The notes under the pieces are model-generated. The model saw only the letters and a program-made list of their open reading frames with translations, was not told the DNA's origin and made no database searches. Shown here piece by piece: positions 59,508 to 64,000 of a DNA stretch of 64,000 bases (position 1 is the first letter of the stretch; every line of letters begins with the position of its first letter). Source of the stretch: Selaginella moellendorffii (taxonomy: Eukaryota; Plantae; Lycopodiophyta); assembly GCF_000143415.4 (NCBI RefSeq), contig NW_003314268.1, forward strand, positions 2,186,494 to 2,250,493. Reading direction: 5' to 3'. The position numbers and the translations under genes are program-made.

Positions 59508-62500
59508 TCAGCCTAATCCATACAAGCTCTCTGGATTTTGGAGTGCCCGGTGGATCTTGTGTTTGGTCCACTCCTTTGACGGGTATGTTAAAGGGAAGAA
59601 AACTTCTCGTGTGCATGTGGAGAACCTGGGAAATCGAGTAGATGATGTACTCTGTCTCTCAACTTGGATCCAAATAGGCTCTCCCGGTCGGAACTCTAGA
59701 GAATCAACCGCAAAGTGATGGAACTTGGATAACTCTTTTGGGCTCATATCTATAAAATGTTCAAACATACAAGAGTTTTAGTTGTTTGTGAAAGTAAATA
59801 GTTACCTCGAATGATGTCCACAATCCAGCTGCGGAAGTTCTCTCCAAAGTCCTGATCAAAGATCAGGCAGTTGATGAACTCCGCAGGAGGAATGATCGTC
59901 CTTACCCGGAAGACCTGTAACAAAGCATCTGTCCCAATGAGTGAAAGCCCACCTAGCAATGTTGGACTCTTGTAAGGCCTTTGACGAGCTTCCATGCGCA
60001 TTGAGTGTTGGAAGCCATCTCGGAGTAAGTCTCCCACTACATTTGGCTCGATGAATAGGTAATGCCAAACCACCGCAGCCACGCATGCCTCCACAGCTTG
60101 CTCATAACCTTCACCAAGTTCGGTGAGTCTAGACTCAAGCACTGCATTGTAGTCAGTAATTGCAAGGTTCTCTAGGATGGAATCCACAGACTTGCGCCGA
60201 TCGCCCTCCTCCTTTAGGCTTGATATACCTCGCAATTGGTTGAGTGCATTCCAGATATGCGGCCCGCATGCCTTGAGGTCCATCTCATATAGTCCTCCTC
60301 GGGCAAGTCGTCGATCATCCTCGTTTAGAACCTCTCCAGCTGCAATTGCCAATGTTGCAATTGTACACCCGCGAGAAACCTGTGCATTACATTCGAACGC
60401 TTGGAATAGCAACCATCCCACAAAGATAGCCTGTGCATATAAAAGTGAGGAGCATATAAAACTTGTGCTTTAAACTTAACTTACCACATCCCGCTCTTCT
60501 TGTCGCAACGTCCTAGAATGCACTGGCATCCTAGGATGCCAATATGTGGCTCTTTCTCTAAGCACAAACAGCCCACGCGTCTGTAACACAAAATTACTCT
60601 AGTGAGCCAAGTGAAAATTAGACTTACCGATCCTGGAATCTGGCGAACAGCCTCTCTAATGGCTTTTGCATGTGGCCCACCCGCATCTATTGTGGATTCC
60701 TCCCACACCAAAGCTCCTCCAATCTCAGACGCATAGACCACTTTGTAATTTGGTGTGCGGAGATTAGTATTGAAGGCGAATTGGAAACAACTGAATTCAT
60801 TGTTTGGTGCAATCTAGAAGGACAAGTGAGGTAACTCCAATTCATAGGCAATCCATTGCTTACCAGAATGCAAGACGGCCTCAAACGTGTACGAGCAAGT
60901 CTGTATGGCCGAAGCATGGCCTTCTCGATGCAAAAACAAGAGAATTTACAATACAGTGTTTCAGTAGTGTCAAATAGTTCTTTCAATTGTTGTGCAGCCG
61001 CCCAATTCCTACATAGGTCCCTGCACAAACCATAAGATGGTACTAAGTGCTAAGAAATAGATACACGTACCTCTTCTCAATGAACCATGCTATTGTGGAC
61101 TCAAGAATTGAAGGAGGCACATTAATACTTACTTGAGCAAGGAGCTGTTGGATTGTGTTGTCACAAAACACATCCTTATACTGTGCTTCTGAAAGGCCAA
61201 GCTTAAGGAGAAGACTCTCCCAATCTTGCCAATGAGGCATGGCTTGGTTGAAAAGCACGTGCCGCAGAAATATTTCACCGCCAGCCCAATGGAATTCAGG
61301 GTGTCTAGCAATAGCGTCTAGCATCTCCTCGTCACTTGTGCTCTCCACGGCAAAGCAACCAAGAAGCTTGTGTTTCAGCCACTGCACCTGTGAGAGAACT
61401 TCAGCATCCCCCTGTGCCCTCACCTCAAGGGTTGTGGTGGCATCCTGTAAGGCAGAAACCTCCTCAATCTGCAGCATGATGAAGTTGGCACTATCCTGAG
61501 TGGTTAACTGAACAGCTTCATTAAATGCATTGGTGGCATCAATCCATCTTTGTTGATGCTCCAACAATCTACATGCAAACATTAGTTCAATTTTGAATAG
61601 CACAATTTTCAATTATCTTACTCTACTGTAGAAAAGTTGTCAAGCAACTCCATAAGCGTAAACGGAGTGGAGCTACTTCCCTCTAGAAAGGGGGGTGGAG
61701 GCACACCATGGTCTTCAAGGCCTCCGCCATCACTGTCATACACTACCATTGGCCTATCTGCACTCAGAAATTAGAAAATGAAGAAAATATTCATTTATGT
61801 TAATGCTTCTTACCAGCCGCATGGCCTGGAGCCACTATCTCTGGTGACAAGGATGTCTCCAAAGATCCTTGGTGCGGTTCATCCCCACCATCACCTTGTT
61901 CTTCGACTCCGCTAATGTCCATGTTGTCTTGTGTGGGGAGAGTTTCTTCTGGTAATGGAAGAATGTCCTCTTCATCCGCAGAGTCTTCTTCTTCATTATT
62001 CTCGCAAGGGTTTGGTTCCTGTGTGGCTGGCCTTGGATCATCATTTGCAGTCAAGGTATTTGTAGCAGTTACAACTGCAAAGACCACAACATATATTTGT
62101 GAGGAGGGAACTTAAAAAAAAAATGACTTACGTTCACGAACATCCTTCTCCTCGAGTGCTCGGGCCTGTTTTTGATAACTTAGCCAATGTTTGTCAGTAA
62201 GATGCTCCATAACATTGTATAAATATATAACTGTTGCCCGATTGCCATTGGCCTTGTTTGCTATAGCTCCCCATGATGTTTGAGGAGGTCAATAGCAAGG
62301 CCGGATAGAGCTGAGGCCAAATTTTGTAGACTCGGCATGGGCCTCACCACCATTGGACTGCCTTGCACACCGGACAAATGCTCCTGGGTTGGTCATGGAT
62401 GAAGGTTGGATTCCTGAGGCTTGGAGTGATAGTAGAATCGCATGTTGTGCTGTGCCAGGCTGGAAAGGAATATTGGAGTATAAGCCACCCCATATGAGAC

Positions 62501-63611
62501 ACTCTGGGAGGTCCACTGCCAGCTTGTTAAGTTCCGTCACCTTCACAGATGGCTCTCTTTTCCACCCATATAAGTGTACATGCCAAGTTTTTGGGATTGC
62601 AATCCACTTGGTGACAAGAACTGTGGTGAACGGCCGGGGGATCATGGGTGTTATAGACGACATCCCACCAATGACTTTAGATCGACTGCCACGACGTCCA
62701 CGACAACAACATAAGGACTGCCAATTGTTATTGGCATAGGTGTGCACTGCAGCCACAAGCAGTGAGAGAGTCTAGCACAGTGAAACAAAAATGAGTTAAA
62801 CAAATCCAAAGAAGAAAAAAAAGAAGAGTGCATGGGGTCATGTTATACCTGTGGCTCACATGGCAGCCCGCCTTGAGGGTCAGCTTGAACATATCTGGAT
62901 GTCGAAGCTCCACTAGATGATGATGTCGATCCTTGGGAGTAGTTGTGGAATGCTGATGGGGAACTATAAGCTCGTTGGTGTGGAGGCATTGTCAACTCAC
63001 CCTACGCAGAAAAACACATGGAAAAAAAAAATGGGTACAAATGAAAAACTTACCGAGCTAGACCGCTTATTGCTTCAGGAGGTAGATGGCCAGGTACTGG
63101 CACTTGTACCGGTAGATGGAGTTGCGAGAGTAGTAGCGGTTGGTGGAGTTGCGGGGCTGGTAGTAGTGGCACTATATGGGATTCCGTGAGCACGTCCTCT
63201 AGTTGGTGTTGGTGTTGGTGGCAGCGTTCCAGATTGGACAACACCGTGGGCATGAGGTGTCCAGACTTGCTCATTTCGAATGCTCGGGCTGCTACTTTCC
63301 AAGGAAGGTGAGGAGAATAAAACATGCTGGAGGTTCTGCATATGTTGCAATGTATGCAATGTTAGGCGGCGCTCTGCTTGCTCAAATGCAGTCGGGAGCT
63401 GTGGATGGGATGCTGTTGGAGTTGATGTCCCTGCTACGGAGCTTGGAAAATCAAGTGGCTGGCATGTGTCTCGCAGGACTATTGGCTGTACCGATTGCGG
63501 AACATCAAGTGCTTGGCTGCGTGCTCGCGAGGTGTTTCCATAGTGTCTACTGCTGTGGACATGCGGCGTTCTTGCTTCGAGCCTAGAAACCACAAAGGAT
63601 TGGTTATGCAA
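59508..63611 (-). CDS. Highly divergent HECT-type E3 ubiquitin ligase, multi-exon; 5' extent uncertain and possibly disrupted
   Basis: N-lobe-like YKVVY...EESTIDAGGP; C-lobe-like MSPKELSKFHHFAVDS...RFPRFSTCTREVFFPLTYPSKEWTKHKIHRAL...YGLG with a Cys at the catalytic position. In-frame stops in upstream exons around 62260-62290. Confidence 0.6.
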
Positions 63612-64000
63612 ACCTGATCGAGGAGAAGCTACCCACCATCACAGCTGTGGTGCTCTCGCTTGGGCGGTGGTCTTGCGATCGGGGGAGTGTGCACTAGAAG
63701 CCTTGCCTCCGGTTAGATGACACGAATCGATTGGAAGAACGAACGAACCATCGACAAAATCATGTCATAAAATGAAATCGCCCCGTATCCAAGGCACAAT
63801 TAATATGGGTGGGACTTGGTGAAAACCCTAATCCCAAACGTGGGAACCCTAAAATTGAACAAATCAAAAATTGAATTTAAATTTGAAATGTACACTAAAG
63901 AACACTCAATTTTCTCCGAGTATGGCCAAGTATAATTTTTCCAAAGCTCGTCGCTTCACTGGTGTTGCTGTAGGCAAGGCACTCTCGATGTACAGTGAAA

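Overview
Land-plant nuclear DNA. Introns of about 50-60 nt, GC-rich exons and tiny intergenic spacers point to a compact lycophyte genome such as Selaginella (inference). There are three zones. (1) 1-27.7 kb is a retrotransposon nest. It holds a young, structurally complete but non-coding LTR element (3368-10911; TSD CTTAA, near-identical 1.7-kb LTRs, tRNA-Met PBS, PPT). That element sits inside a solo LTR, inside an older copy of its own family, inside a second family, inside a third family copy. A decayed, formerly autonomous Ty3/gypsy element follows. The internal region and R/U5 of the non-coding element form an almost continuous chain of short hairpins, including two tRNA T-arm mimics; this is the most striking unexplained feature. 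(2) 29-57 kb is a dense gene block: NRAMP, DapB, SC35, NAR2/NRT3, STIG1-like, Tudor-like/RING-H2, two LEA-like genes, a membrane protein, RCC1-repeat protein, mevalonate kinase, ATXR2, CHID1, a P450 plus a P450 fragment, tRNA-Asn, and a frameshifted RPW8-like NLR fused to a LINE-ORF1-like DUF4283 domain. (3) 57.3-64 kb is a partly decayed island with an RNase H1 hybrid-binding-domain pseudogene and a highly divergent HECT E3 ligase. All comparisons were made by eye; no database searches or folding computations were run.
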